This document shows, one piece after another, positions 23,061 to 37,638 of a stretch of DNA of 64,000 bases. Source of the stretch: the human T2T-CHM13v2.0 reference genome, Homo sapiens; the NCBI RefSeq assembly GCF_009914755.1, contig NC_060929.1. One strand, given 5' to 3'. The position numbers were made by a program, and so were the translations under genes. Under the pieces are notes generated by a model. It did not search any database, was not told the DNA's origin, and saw only the letters and a program-made list of their open reading frames with translations. Positions within the stretch are counted from its first letter, which is position 1; every line of letters starts with the position of its first letter.

Positions 23061-26000
23061 AAATGCTTTAAAATATTTGAAATAACCTGTATATAGAATT
23101 AGACTTTAGATATCTAACCCTTATATAGGATTAGGCTTGGATATCCTGGACATCCAAATAGAATCCTATATACAGATTAGATATTCAAATATTTTGAAGA
23201 ATTACTTCGATTTTTACAACCTTGGTTAACTCTTCCTTTCTATGAGATGGTATGATGTAATTTTTACTACTTTTATTATATTGTTTGTCTGCTGTGTGCT
23301 GTAGCTATTCATATACTAAAATTGTTACTCCTACCACATACACTGTGATAGTAAAAGCACAACTAACACTTACGTAATGTGTAATTTCCTTAGTATTTTC
23401 GATGTTACCATAATTTTTTGCAATACTAATTAGTATTTTATGATAAAGTACGCTTAAAGAAATGTGGAGAATCCTAGTCTAGAAAAAATAGTTGAGCCTG
23501 TAAAAGCTGATATGCCACATGCCACTCCAAGTGGAATGGAGATAGTATGCTGCATTTCCCAAACATGTTTGGCCAGGAATCACTTTTGGTTATACTCATA
23601 GAATTACTAGTATTCTGTGAAACACATTAGGTGAATATAAATATTGTGATTTGTAACGCATGCAATGCTTTACGAATAAATATCATTTCATTTTCACAAA
23701 ACATTTGAAGTAAGTAGATCAATAATTGTTAGTATTCTCATTCTATAGATGACAAGGTTGATGTAAAAAATGTGGCACAAGATTCATTGGAAATTCAAAA
23801 TAAAATGTCCTCAACTTCGACTAAATCCTGTGTTGTCTTCATTACACTAAACACATGCTTAAAGCTCTACTTCTCTTGTATTTCTTTCAGTACCTTGCAC
23901 AGTACCTTGAACTTTGTAAATACTTCAAAAATAAAACTTGCTTCAAATTTCATCTAATTTAATAGTAAGTTAAAATTAAAGCAAAAACAGTAAGTATGAC
24001 TATGTCCCTAATAGTTTGTCAACACATTGATATAACAAAATGGTTTGTTTAATCAGTTCAAGATCCAATGGCATTTCTAAAAGCTTTTCAAAACTGTAAT
24101 TAAGTTTTGTTTTTTAACTAAACTGCAAGCCTAGAATTTAGTGAAAAATCAGGCAGAAATCATGAATTGGAAAATATGTCCTGACATAGCTTTAGGTAAG
24201 AAATGGAATGATTAATATAGACCGACCATAATGAATACAAATGGAGTTCTGCCTGTTCTATTAAGTGAACCACGGGAATCAGTCAATACCATTTATCTTG
24301 AGGACAAGTAAAGACTGAGTCAAAATACACTAAAAAGAGGGTATATTAATGTGGATTTCTAATTAACCGAATCCACCACACTCTGGTCACCAATGATAAA
24401 AAGTTGCAAATATGCTTTATATATGCACAACCATACAGATAACTAATGTCAACTCAATTTGCAAAGCTATAAATTTTAAAGAACTGTCTTTAAATTGTAT
24501 TAATTTTGAAAGAAATTTTGCTGTGCCAGGAATATAAGACACTAACAACCATCTCAAGGCTCTAATGACTCTATATTATTTATTAGTCTTCCACATTAAT
24601 GTTATTATTATAAATGTCCTATACCTACTTACCTAGAGTTAAATTAATATTTTAAAATAAATATTAATGAATTAAACTATGTATTAAATGCCTAATTATT
24701 TAGCACATACAAAAACCCTCATTCCCAATCAATTACATTTCAGATTTAAAGAAATGCTTTTACTTTGTGAATTGTCTCATAAATAAATTTAGTTCTTTCT
24801 TTTAGGTTTAATAGGGTTTCTAAACATGCCTGGTTTAACAGATTATCAGTATTTGTTACACATTGTGTGTAATAGCATTAATTTAGAAAATTTAATGTAC
24901 AGACACATTTTTCTTCTTCACAAATAGTAAACCATCTATCCATGTCAGATGTAGAAAAAATTGTTTAAAGCAAAATATGGTAGCTTCTTCTGTGTCTATC
25001 AGGTTATTCTGTTAAATGCCAGAAGGACTCAGAAGTTCAGGATCAAACAGAAAGCTAATATAAATCTATTTGGAAAACTTGAGAATGAAAAAAAATATAT
25101 GTATATATCTATAAATGTATTTCTTTGCCTATTTCCCAGGCTTGAGTTTTCCTAAGTATCAGAAGGAAATGTAAATTTTTTATAACCAAAATTAAGAAAT
25201 ATATGGTGTTAATTAAAAGAATAGAAAATAAAATAATGCAGCTAAAGATTTATAGGTTGAATGGGACATGCCTGTAAAAGGAATCTGTATAGGTGGTATC
25301 TATGTAGGTCAACCTACAACAGAAAGCGTGAATGCTGATGGCAGAATGAAGTCTAATCAGGGTAAGGAGAGAAAATTCTAGATATCCCTGATGGCTCATC
25401 TCCTCCACCCTTTCAGTGACTTAGCAAGAAACTGGATCAGCTCACCTGAACTAGCGCAATAAATAGGACCAGAGGCTGAGCTCAGGAGCTTTCTCCTTTT
25501 AACTCGGCCACTTCCTAAACCAAGAAGCACCAATCATCACAGGGTTACTAGATGTTTATTTTCTTCCTTTCTCCACTCCTAAAAATGTGTAGATCATTAT
25601 AGGGCTGGTATCTCCTTCCCGGAACCCTTTCTGTGCTGAATCCAGTCCAGCTCAATCTGCTTTAACACGTCTCTATGGATTATTGAGCAACTGGGCTCAT
25701 TTGACTCGTCCTAGTTCTCAGTGTATACATTATCTTCAAACAAACTCTATCACATATATACACTTCGGGGTATTAGGGTGTGAATGTCCATATCATCCTT
25801 ATAATCCAGGACAAACTTTGTATATCTGAATGCAGTGGCAAGATTTTCACTTTTCATATTTGAATGAAAGATTCAAAACCATGTAAACATGTAAATCCCT
25901 TCATTGTTTTGTTGCTTTGTTTCTTTTTTTGAAAGTCTGTCTCCAGATTAAGTTTAACTGATCAATATATAGTATCTTAATCCATGTGTTTTAGGAAACA

Positions 26001-26129
26001 GTCTTTCTGATACTTTAAATAGCTGTGTTCAGATGATCACGTTTGTTATATAACATTCTCTGCTCAATTATCTTCTATTTTGCTTTCTTCCTGCCTTCCT
26101 CACCTAAATAAGCCAGCAGCTTTGTTTCT

Positions 26130-26820
26130 CATACCAAATGCTAGGTGTCATCTTTTTATTCCTTCCTTATCTATTCCAATAGCAGAGTCTGGTTAGTTCT
26201 ACCCCAAATGTCTTTTCAATACTTGCACTTGGTATCTCTCCATTATGAATACTGTATTCCAAGCTACTGTCACTTTCTGCCTAACTGCCACCCTATCTTG
26301 TCTCTCTGCTTCTGCTCTCCTACCAGTCAAACCAGATCTCTTCCACAGGGGAGTGGGAGTGATCATTTAATCAGATCATACCACTCTTCTGCTAGGAGCA
26401 TATCCAAACTCAGAGCCCTCATAGAGTTGGGGCACTTTCTACCTCTTTCACTTCCTCCTGTATCACCTCTGACTTCCCTCACTATCCTGCAGCCCCATTT
26501 GCCTGCAATGCCCTTTCCCTCGATATCTTCATGCTTTGCCTCTTTGCTCATGCCTCAACCAAGCTGCCATATGATCAGACAAGCCACCCACACTACTGAT
26601 TCACACACAGGCATATGCTCATATCTGCTACCCTCCAACCCTGCCTTTTATTGTAATCAATAGTATTTATGATAACCTGACATAATACGTATTTGTTTCT
26701 TGCTTCACTGAATGTAAATGGTATTATAAATGGCATGAAACAGGGATTTTGACTTCCTAGGTGGTTACTCTACCCTCAGTACTTAGCACGTTGCAGGTTC
26801 TGCAGAAATCCTGATTAATG
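26130..26820 (+). mobile_element. L2 relic
   Basis: tcagatcataccactcttctgct...ctgaatgtaaat...cagggattttgact...cctcagtacttagcac; explains the 172-aa ORF. Confidence 0.7.
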
Positions 26821-28049
26821 GAAATGTTGACACAAATCCCATGATTATTTTATGGTGAAATCACAAATTTCCCTACCTATTTTTTTCATACAGAAGTCGC
26901 TTTGCTTTTTTCTCATTAGTTGTATTTATCTTCTAAATGAAATGAAAATATATTGCAGAAACAGGAGTAAGTTTCCTGTAATTTGGGTGTGGGAATCCCT
27001 CTGTAGAACTTAGTGCCTGAAAACCTTGCTTCACAGGGGAAGGAATAATGAATCTCATGTTTAAATTATGTAGCACAAGTAGATATAGTATCAACTTAAA
27101 AAATTTCACAAATTCTTTGAAAATCCAACTATTCAAAGAAAATCCATATTCAAGCACAGACTTTAATTTGGAGTTACCCTTCTATTGGATCTCTATATAG
27201 CTTTGAAACTGATTAAAGCTGGCTTTGATTTCCACATTTAGAAATTAATCACACATGGCTGGATCACGGCCATGGGGGCTGCTATTCTAGAGCAACCTCT
27301 CTCTGTGAGACTTGGAAAAATATGAGGAGAGCCACCCACCTATCACACCATCAAACACTTATATAGACACACAACTGAGAGAGGGGTTGCTTCATGTGTT
27401 CTTTTCTCTAAAAAAAATCCTCTGGACATTTCTCTCTTAGCTTCAACGACTCTGTTGGTTTTTAAGTAGATAGAGAGATGGTTTGACAAATTAAAAGGTA
27501 GCTAGCTTACTAAACATAGCATGGTGAACACTTAATTCCAATCATAAAATAACATTTTACTATGTTCAAATTGTGAAAAACAGACAATAGTAAATGAAGA
27601 TATCACTACTGATGGTGAAAGAAACAGAAAGTAACATGATTGCTGTTGACTTCTCCAGCTGCATCTTCCCTCACTGGCATGTATCCACACCGTGTTTCAG
27701 GAATACCAAGATATTTATTATTTCCTAAATAGTCAAGGCTACCTCTCATCCCTTAGATCTAATTGGTCATGCCCCTCTGCCCAGCAGAATTTTAACACCT
27801 ATCCTTTCTCATGCTAACTTCTATTTAGATTTCAGATTAGATCTCAAAGTTAAACTCCTTCAGATGTGGACTCAGCTCAAATACCATGGATACCAGAGAT
27901 ATCATTGACTTAATTATTCTTATGCTCATTAAAGCCTTCCTTGGGTTGTTGTGATAGATTATTGTGATGGGGATATCAGATATCCTCAAAATTATAAATA
28001 CCTATGGTATTAATAGTAATATTTTTGCAGAAAATTTACTTTTGAATAT

Positions 28050-28360
28050 CTATGTATTTCTAATTTGTAAAACCACTTTTCTGTTATAAACAATGAACAT
28101 CTCTTTATGCAACAGAGTTTATTCATCAATCTTTGTGTCTTTTTCTGATTGTTTCTATTAATTAAACTCTTAGAAGCTGAAATTGCTAGATAAATGCTGT
28201 TAACATTTAACACATATTGGCAAGTTGCCATTCTGAAGAGTAACACCAATTCATACTCTTACCAATAGTCCTCAGGGTACCCTTTTCCTCACATACTGTG
28301 AACTCTAGGTATTATCAATCTTTTTAACTTTGTAAAACTGAGAGTCAAATAAACTTGTTG
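28050..28360 (-). mobile_element. Old L1 (L1ME/MD-like) fragment
   Basis: ttagaagctgaaattgctaga...ccaattcatactcttaccaatag...ccttttcctcacat...ggtattatcaatctttttaactttg. Confidence 0.65.
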
Positions 28361-28549
28361 TTTTGTGGTTCTACTATACCAAGAAAAGATATAATAGACA
28401 TGAAAATGTTGGCATCTTTATGAGTCTGGAATTAAAGGAACTTTCCCTTTCTGCTTTCTAATTTGATTTAAGGAATATATTGCACTTTAATAACAAATGC
28501 ACTAAAATGATTTGCATTTGAAAATCTCTTTAATATTTTAACTCTGAAA

Positions 28550-28755
28550 AGACAGACTTGCACAATGGTTAAGATTGTGAGGTGAGGACTCAAGTGGGTC
28601 TGAGTTCAAATTGAAGCATATGCACTTAAAATGCAGTTTTATCATCTGGAATACAAGGGTGATAATCCTTGCTCTTCTAGGATTAAAATGATCTCATAAA
28701 TGTTGAGTACTGAAAGAAGTATTGGCACATAATAGGCAGTTAATAAATAGCAGTG
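28550..28755 (+). mobile_element. MIR relic
   Basis: aatggttaaga...tctgagttcaaat...cagttttatcatctggaa...tggcacataataggcagttaataaat. Confidence 0.7.
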
Positions 28756-30106
28756 AGGAGACTCCTGGTAAACATAGCATTTCAAACTTATGCATTCTTC
28801 CAAACAAAACAGAATTCATCTATGTACATGGACATGTATTTCTTATGAGGTTTTCTTCAATAGATAATGAATGTAAGAAAGCAAAATTAATTTGCTTGTG
28901 ATTATTTGTGTTGTTATCAAATATGGGTTTATGACATACTATAGAGTATTCTTTGGAGGCAGGTTAATTGCTTTCATCCAATAAGAGGAGATTTAGTACT
29001 ATAAATAGAAAATGCTTAAAGCTTTTCAGAATTTGTCTTAAAAGCAATTAAATTTAAGTTTAAACTATGATATTTTGCTCATTATCGTAAAGTTGGAAGA
29101 TAAATTAAAAGTTTCAGAAGTTAATTATTTTAATACAAATCTAAAATTCAGTCATTATTCTTCTAAAATGCAATAAATTAAAAGATTATAACGGCTTGAA
29201 GATTACCTTAAGAACAACTTTTTAGCTGATGGTACATAGCTCCTGTGGGTCAGAATATGTTTTTAAAGTTTCTCAATTTGATCACATTAGCATTTGCACT
29301 GGATAAAAATGAGTGGTGCCACAGAATTAAGCAACGATTTCAGAAACAAATTCAAAATAAACTCACACTTAAGTAACTAAACAAATTGGCCTTCCATCTA
29401 TTAATTTAGCACCTATAGAGTTCTAAAGTTGAGAGAATTAGGAAGGTACTAAGAGTGACAAATGTGTGTCATCTGCATCTTAAAAAATAAGAAACATTAA
29501 TTCACCAAACAGAGTGGTATTACCAAGTAGAGGAAGCCACTAACACATGCAAATAGAGTGGGTAAATTCACGGTGACTTCAGAGTACTTGTGGTTGTTGT
29601 GTGGGAAGCCTAACATGGAAGATCATGAATCCAAGTCAGAAAGATAATTAAGGATGAATTATGTTAAGGAGATTAGATCTCATTAATTTCCCTCATTTAT
29701 GAAGGAACTTGGACATTCTTAGAAATTTTCTCTCTGCAATAACATCTACTGCAAACATGGATCACATCATGAATGCCACAGGAAATAACCTAGATCATAA
29801 ACCATTCGACTGCCTCATTTTGCTTTTTTTCCTACCTAACTCACCCTACAGCCACTCACTTTCCTCAGTCCTTTTAAATTTCAGCTCTGGTTTCATGAAA
29901 TGACTTTGTTATCTACTTAGAGAAAACTGGACTTATTGATAGAGAACCAATTAATCTTTTCTTCCCACAACCTACAACAAACTCACCTAAGTCTACAGTG
30001 GCTTAATTTTTTTTTCCTTTTACAGTACATCAATCATCTATTTTTGTCTGTAAGACTATCCTTTTGCCAAAGTTTTCAATACTCAATACAAAAATCACAG
30101 TTTTTG

Positions 30107-30414
30107 TTTTTTTTTATTTTTTTATTTTTTATTTTTTATTTTTTGAGACGGAGTTTCACTTTGTCGCCCAAGCTGGAGTGCAGTGGGGCGATCTTAACTC
30201 ACTGCAACCTCTGCCTCCCGGGTTTCAAGCGATTTTCCTGCCTTAGCCTCCGAGTAGCTGGGATTATAGGCATGCACCACAATGCCTGGCTAACTTTAGA
30301 GACGGGGTTTTGCCATGTTGGCCAGGCTGGTCTCGAACTCCTGACCTCAAGTGATCTGTCTGTCTCAGCCTCCCAAAGTGCTGGGATTATGGGCATGAGC
30401 CACCGTGCCCAGCC
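30107..30414 (-). mobile_element. AluS (Sx/Sz-like), central linker shortened
   Basis: Complete reverse Alu with ctgacctcaagtgatc; TSD agtttttg at 30099-30106 and 30415-30422. Confidence 0.93.
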
Positions 30415-30429
30415 AGTTTTTGAATTTGA

Positions 30430-32110
30430 ATGCCCATAGAGAATACACTGCAGTTACCCACAGAATCTATAATTGTTTATGACTTTATATCTAGTTGTCC
30501 TGCTTGTATTGAGTCACATTATTTGTTAGACATCAAAAGGCACATAATTTGGGGTACCTTGAATTACATTATCTCTTTGATGTATTTGACATTGACTACT
30601 TAACTAAATCCTTCCCCTGTGTATGCAAACCCCTTCACATTACTTACAAAAATAGACACACAGACCCTCTGTTGGACAGCAGATCATCCTCTCTTCTCCC
30701 TCACAAGCAAAATTATCAAGAAGCGTTGTATACCGTCTGAATCTCTGTTCATTTCTTTCTCTCCCACTAACATTTGCAACTGGCTCTAATTTCCCTTCAA
30801 ATTCCTACTACTTGTGAAAGTTGTTGATAGGGTCACGTATAAAGTTCCATGTGAACAAATCTAATAAACATTAGTAAGCTTTTTTTTTGCATTCATATTC
30901 CTAGAGATACTTGATGACCCCCTTCACCTAGAAAGTCTTCCCTCTCCTTTATCACATAGAAGTCCCCTATTCTCCTCAGCATTCTTCCCCATCCTCCTTT
31001 ACAGTCTCCTTAGACATCTCATCTTCTATGGAAACATAAAATACTGAAATTCTGAAAGACTCATCTTTGCCTTTTTTTCTTAGAGATCTATATTCTCTCC
31101 CTACATAAGCACATTTATGTCTAGAGTTGTATTGCTATTTTGTGCCAGTGTTCCCAATATTTATATTTCAATCTCGGGCTTATTTATATTTTTTTATTTC
31201 GAGATTCTTTTTAGTTTTATTCACATGCACTTAACAATTTCCAAATACTCTTTGGTGTTATGTTTTATGGCACATTTAATATAATGTACACAAAAGCAGA
31301 CACTATCATCTTGCCCTGTTTCTTCCATCAATATCTGTCTTTTTTCTTGGCTCCTAATTTCAGGGAATGGTAATTTCCCTTTCTGCAAATTAGACATCTG
31401 GGAGTCATCCTTGATCTCTCTCTCTCTCTTTGATTCCTCTCTGCCCCATGCCATCCATATATGAGTACTTAAAATTTTTAATCACATATTAAGAAACTAC
31501 TCCCAAATCATCCCGGAAGTCTTGCCACATCTCTCCATACTCACTACAATCTTTATATCCCAGGCTATCTTGATCTCTTTCTGGCAATATCTTCTACTCT
31601 GCTGCACTCCATGCACTCTGACTTTTTCAGTCTGTTTTCTAAGTATATCACTCCCCCGCTCCATCTTTAAGCCCTATAATTAGTTTTCTTTGAATTTAGA
31701 ATAAAGACTAGGTTTATAGTTTTTACGACCTGAACAATTAGTCACATTCTCTTATTTCTTCTCTCTGTTCAAATATACTGATCTTTCATTTCTTAAATTT
31801 TCCGAGCCTCTTCCTACTTAAGGAATTGTATTCACTTTGTTTCCCTTGTTTAGATTCCTTTTTTTCTAACCTAGCTTTTATCATTTTTCAGTTTGCAACT
31901 TAAAGTCTCCCTCTCTGACTTCCCAGGTTTCTCAATTCACCTCAATATATGCATTCCACATGTTGGTGTTGTAATTGTACCTTTGTTTGCTAAGTGATTT
32001 GATTACAGTCCATTTTACCTACCATAAGAGGATTGCATCAGTGTTACCATTGTTTGTTCAGCACCTAGTTTGGTAGATGTTTGTTTCTCCATAAATGCTC
32101 ACCTAAAAGA
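30430..32110 (+). mobile_element. Long degenerate L2 relic
   Basis: Scattered L2 motifs: catctgggagtcatccttgatctctctct, ttagaataaagact, gttcagcacctagt...ataaatgctc. Confidence 0.65.
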
Positions 32111-32229
32111 ATATTTTGCCTGTTAGAATGAGCTGTATTGAGGTAACTATGCAGGGTGGGAGCACAGTTAATTTTTGTTTTTAGAAATTTTACACAATAG
32201 GAAAATAAAAGGAAGAGATGGAGTGCAGG

Positions 32230-33045
32230 TGTTCTAAAAATAGGGAAATATTTTAGGAGGCTATATTAATAGCCCAAGATCCTGCCTGGACTGAAGATAC
32301 TGAAGAAGGCACAGCAGTTGGGTTATAGATGAGAAAGTGCAACTGAGAGATACTTAGATTAATGTAGTGATTGTTTCTGACTGGCTGGGCTGGACCCAAG
32401 GTAAGAGAGGCCTCATGAGCAAATGATCAACACTATAAGTTCTAATGAGTTGTAGAACTTTCTCTACAACTGATTAGAGCTTATAGTGCCAATAAGAAGA
32501 TAGCGATGAAGCATTTTATGGTGAATTCTCAGTTACATTTTCCAAAGGCTGAACTTTAGTTGTTTAGCATGGAGAAGTTTAGAAGAATAATAGAGATAAG
32601 TACTACATGGTGCTCAAAGAGAGAAGTGGACTGATGAAACAAATTTGACAGTCATTGGTACAAGTTGCAGATAAAGTTATGAATGTGGCTGGGAACACAT
32701 AGAGACTGGCTTTGGCTCAACCACAGGAATAATCTTAGAAGGAGAATGAAAGAATTTGAGCCAAAGAAAATTAAAAAGAAATGGCTACATGGGTAGAAAT
32801 AAAACAGCAAGAAATTTGGGAATAAAAACCAAGCGAAGTGAGAGACATTCAAGGAGAGAGTGGTGAATCAAGATGAGGACTAAATAAAATATTGCTTATA
32901 ATATTTGGTGATCAGAATTTCTTTTTAGGATTATCAAGTCTGTTGTTATTGGAGCTAGACAGGCAGCTATAAAGCCTGTTGTAAAGTGCATGGGACAGAA
33001 AAGAATCAGAAGTTATAGCACAGACTACTTTTAAAATATTTTTTT
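32230..33045 (-). mobile_element. Degenerate L2 relic
   Basis: aggaggctatattaatagcccaag, gatgaggactaaa...atttggtgatcagaa, gaagttatagcacagactactttt resemble reverse L2. Confidence 0.55.
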
Positions 33046-33115
33046 GAGTTGTAAAGTGCATGGGACAGAAAAGAATCAGAAGTTATAGCACAGACTACTT
33101 TTAAAATATTTTTTT
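32978..33115. repeat. Perfect 68-bp tandem duplication with 2-nt spacer
   Basis: 32978-33045 is identical to 33048-33115; spacer GA. Confidence 0.97.
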
Positions 33116-33639
33116 CTTATAAAGAAGAAAGAACTATATGGTGGTAACCAGATAAGAAAGCACGTGGAAACGGGTGATTTCTTCTCGTGAAATTTAATGA
33201 AACCAAAAATTTTACCCTTAAAATACAGCATTTACTCTATTTCATGCAAGTCACTAAGAATTCTCCCTGACCTTGCCATAAGAAGGAAGGGGCAACTGTA
33301 GGTACTACTGCTAAGGATCAGCAGGGACAATCTCACTCATACCCACAGGACACAAGAAATCTTACGAGCTAAACAGAATTGACTGAAAGTCAAGTGCAAT
33401 GTTAAAAAATCCCAGAAAGTCATAAGGCATTCTGCAAAGTCATTAAACTGAAAGGATAAAGAAAGCAGTGATACAGTCAGAAATATCCCCCCAAAGCAAG
33501 AGACTTGACAGTTAGAAAGGGTCCTTTCTACACAAAAATAACTAGAGTAGAGTCATTAATGGCCTATTTTTATTTTCTGTCCTAATATATGAAGAACGGC
33601 TAGTTTGCAAAGGAAGAATAAATACCCTAGTGATAAAAA

Positions 33640-33870
33640 AAAAAAAATTACAAAGTATGGAATTAGAGAAACCTGGGTCTGACCTTCCAGTTGTGTGGTT
33701 AAGGGTATGAATTTAGATAAGGCATGAAATGTTTCTTAACTCGGTTTTTTTTGTTACTTTATTAAATGGGCAATAATGGCTACTCTTAAGACTGTAGAGA
33801 GGACTAAGACAATAAATCCAAAGTTTTTGGCATGTAACACATGCCTAAGAGATAATAAAGTTATTCTTGA
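33640..33870 (+). mobile_element. MIR relic
   Basis: gaaacctgggtctga...cttaactcggttt...taaatgggcaataatggctactc...tggcatgtaacacatgcc. Confidence 0.6.
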
Positions 33871-34464
33871 TAGAGTCCTAGATTGGAAGTAGTGAGATGG
33901 GTTCATAAAATTGACCCTTGGTTTTTGAAACTAAAAATAGTTTTCCATTTCCAAAAAATATATATTGTGTAAATATCACTAGTAAAATGTATAACAACAT
34001 TTTTTCCCCTGAGGCAAAGTTAAGGCAAAAGATAATTTCAGAGCCTTAAATATCTCTTGCCTAGAGCTCCTTCTTCATCCATTCCTCAACAACTATAGCG
34101 AGATCTGTCCTCTGTGTCTAAAATGTTCATAACTAGTAATTGTGAAACTAGTGGCCCAAAGCAAATGAAGAATAACTGCCTTGATATATGTATATGCACG
34201 ACAATGAACACAGCAAATGCTGAGAAAGAAAGAATGGATTGGAACAGAGAAAAATAAATCCTCCTGAGAACTACATCTTCTTATTTAGAACTTCTGTCCT
34301 TACTTCACATGTGCAGAACCAGCTCAAAGTCTGGATGTAAGCCAGCCATGACCCTTACTCTGCTGTGAATATCATTCCCCCCAACAGTAGTCTCAGACTC
34401 TTCATTTCTCCATGTGGAAAATGTTGCCAAGTCACACAATGCCTAGTATACAGCACTAAAGTCA

Positions 34465-34696
34465 TTTTTTTAAAAAACTTTTAAGTTCAAGGGTGAAAGT
34501 GCAGGTTTGTTATGTAGGTAAACTTCTGTCATGGGGGTTTGTTGTACAGATGACTTCATTGCCCAGGTATTAAACCTAGTACACATTAGTTAATTTTCCT
34601 GATCCCCTCCCCTCTCCCACCCTACCCTCTCTGAAAGGCCCCAGTGTGTGTTGTTCCTCTCTATCCGTCCATGTGTTCTCATCATTTAGCTCCCAC
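34465..34696 (-). mobile_element. L1 3' end (older L1PA, L1PA13-16-like)
   Basis: ttttaagttcaagggt...gtgcaggtttgttatgtaggtaaact...ggccccagtgtgtgttgttcc...gtccatgtgttctcatcatttagctcccac. Confidence 0.9.
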
Positions 34697-34813
34697 AGTT
34701 TATCTAAAGATGTGTGCTTATAAATCTTCCTTCTCCCTTCTACTTCTGGCAAATAAAACATTCTTTTTGTTCATCTGCAGAAAGAAACAGAGTCCTCCTT
34801 CTCTCTCTCTCTC

Positions 34814-35035
<222 letters not shown>

Positions 35036-36016
35036 TTCACATATCAAGGCATGTTACAAAACTATTTATGCAGAAATGGCACACGTGAGCTACTGGCATG
35101 TAACCTGAATCCTAAATTGGTTGGGAGAAATAGAAATTGTGTACCATAGAATCAAAGACTTTTACCTTGCCATTCACAGTGTGTCCCTTTTCATGTAGAT
35201 GACATTATTTACTATTCATTGTCTCAAACACATTTCCGTGTATAAGTGAGAAAGTCCTAGTGCTTATTTGTCATAAGGTAAGGGAAGATGCTTCATGGGA
35301 CAAAAGAAATCTGACAAAGCAGCAAGATTTTTAAATTTTCTATTGTGGTAGGAGTTTTACTGATTATCACTAAAATAGGGAATGAAGTGGGTTTTGGGAA
35401 ATCAGTTCCATTTACATTTATTCCACAAAAAAAGATTTATATCTATATGCCACTCTTTCTTTGTGTATGCTAAGGCGTATGAAAGGAAGAAAATCCTCTG
35501 TGATTTGCATTAAGAACAGTAAAAAACAATATTGAAGGACTTCATCATAACCAGTAGGAGAACCTGGTCAAATTAAGCACATTTGTGATTCCCAGAACAT
35601 TCTGAAGAGAAATACTTGAGTCATTCATTTGGTTCTAAGTACACCTGACAGAATTGCATCTGGGCATCTTCTCAGGGGAATCTCCTCTCCTTAAGTGCCC
35701 TTGAGTAAGATCTCTCTGCAGTTAAGTGCCTGACATTATTAAGAATCTTAATTTTGTACTGCCTTCTTGTATGTGCGGCATAAGATTTAGGCAAAAGTAA
35801 CACTGCCTCTTTCAAAGTCAATTTGAAACACACATATATGAAGAATTTTTTAAAAAGTCAATAACTATTGTCATTCAGTAAAATCCTCAAAAGAAATGTA
35901 ATAATACCAAGTCCTTCACCCACTTCATTTTGATTTGAATTTATCAGAAAAAGCTCTGAAATTAATATCTAACCATATAGTCAAGCTGTGCCAAATGATT
36001 GTAGATTAACCAGTGA

Positions 36017-36384
<368 letters not shown>

Positions 36385-37638
36385 AGCATTTTTATATACC
36401 TGCAAAAGACACTTTGAAATAACAAATAAGTTGTAATGACACAGTTGATAGAAAATGGAAAATGTATACTTCCAATGTGGAGTAAAATAGCAAAACATGC
36501 TCGTAAAAGCACTAAATAAATAAGAAATATTAATGAAAAATATCTAACTGTAAATTTCTTGAAGAAAATACTTAAAGTACAGTTTTAGGGATTGAACCTA
36601 AACTTCAAGTTTAAATGTTCCATAATATTTAAATTTATTTACAATATAAATTTATAAAACAAAATAGATATTCAGCGTGGAAATTCAGAAAGGAAACACA
36701 TATACAAAGTTACTGGTGTTACTAATAAGTGCACGTGGTTTGCAACTGATTGCTCTTATGCAAACACTCACACGAGCACAAATGAGGTCCCCTAGGAGTA
36801 ATAGACCAGTCTCTGGCATCTGGGCAGATGGTGCTTATATTGCTGGCAGGTGATGAAGCTGAGGGAAGACACTTATCATCTTAAATCCCAGAGACCAACA
36901 CTTTCAACTTAAAAATGAAAATGTCCCAATTATAAATCCCCAAGGTGGAAAAGGCTGCAACAGGAAAGCATTCTAAACCATGCCTTTGTGTTGTATTGCA
37001 GTCAAGAGGAAATAAGGAGTTCCCAGCAACTGAAAGTTTTTCTTTCATGCCTCTCATATTTCTTGGCATCACCATAACTGTTGCCATTTAATCAAGATTC
37101 CCTTTAAACTGGTGAATGCTAGCAGAATGTCTCAAGAGAGCTGATTTCCTTCACTTTCAAGTTCATTGTGACCACGAATGCATTAACCTGGGCTGCCTAC
37201 ATTTCTTCCTGTGCTGTCACATAAGATATACTCCACATAAAAATAAAGAACATCAACCTTGAAAGAAGAAAAAAAAAAAAAAGAAAGAAAGAAAAAACTA
37301 CTTTTAGCAACCCAGACTAGAATCTAAGCTCTGTCAAAGTGATTTCTTATTCCATTTTACTGAAGCAGTGCCAAGCTTTATCACTTATGAGTTCATGTCT
37401 TACAGCTGAGGCAACCCACTTGAATTGGTAAGTTGCTTAAAGTATACACGCGCTGTTCATGTTGTCACTGTGATTTAAAATGAGAGAGGAGTTCTGCAGG
37501 TGGAATACAACTGAAATAGAGAGAGGAAATGGAAACTAGAAACATTAAACCATGCGTAATTAATGGTTCTTTGTCTTGCTGGTCCTCTGGAACTCTTTTT
37601 ATGAGTGTTATGCAGATGCCCTACAGCAGGAAGGGCAG

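Noticed and set aside
26145-26663. Longest ORF (172 aa)
   Set aside because: GTG start, S/L/P-rich composition from a pyrimidine-rich L2 relic, no domain similarity.
29936-30439. 167-aa ORF and similar ORFs at 12468, 34644, 41147, 43841, 45679, 46831, 53733 and 56758
   Set aside because: All read through Alu elements and give the familiar Alu-derived peptides.
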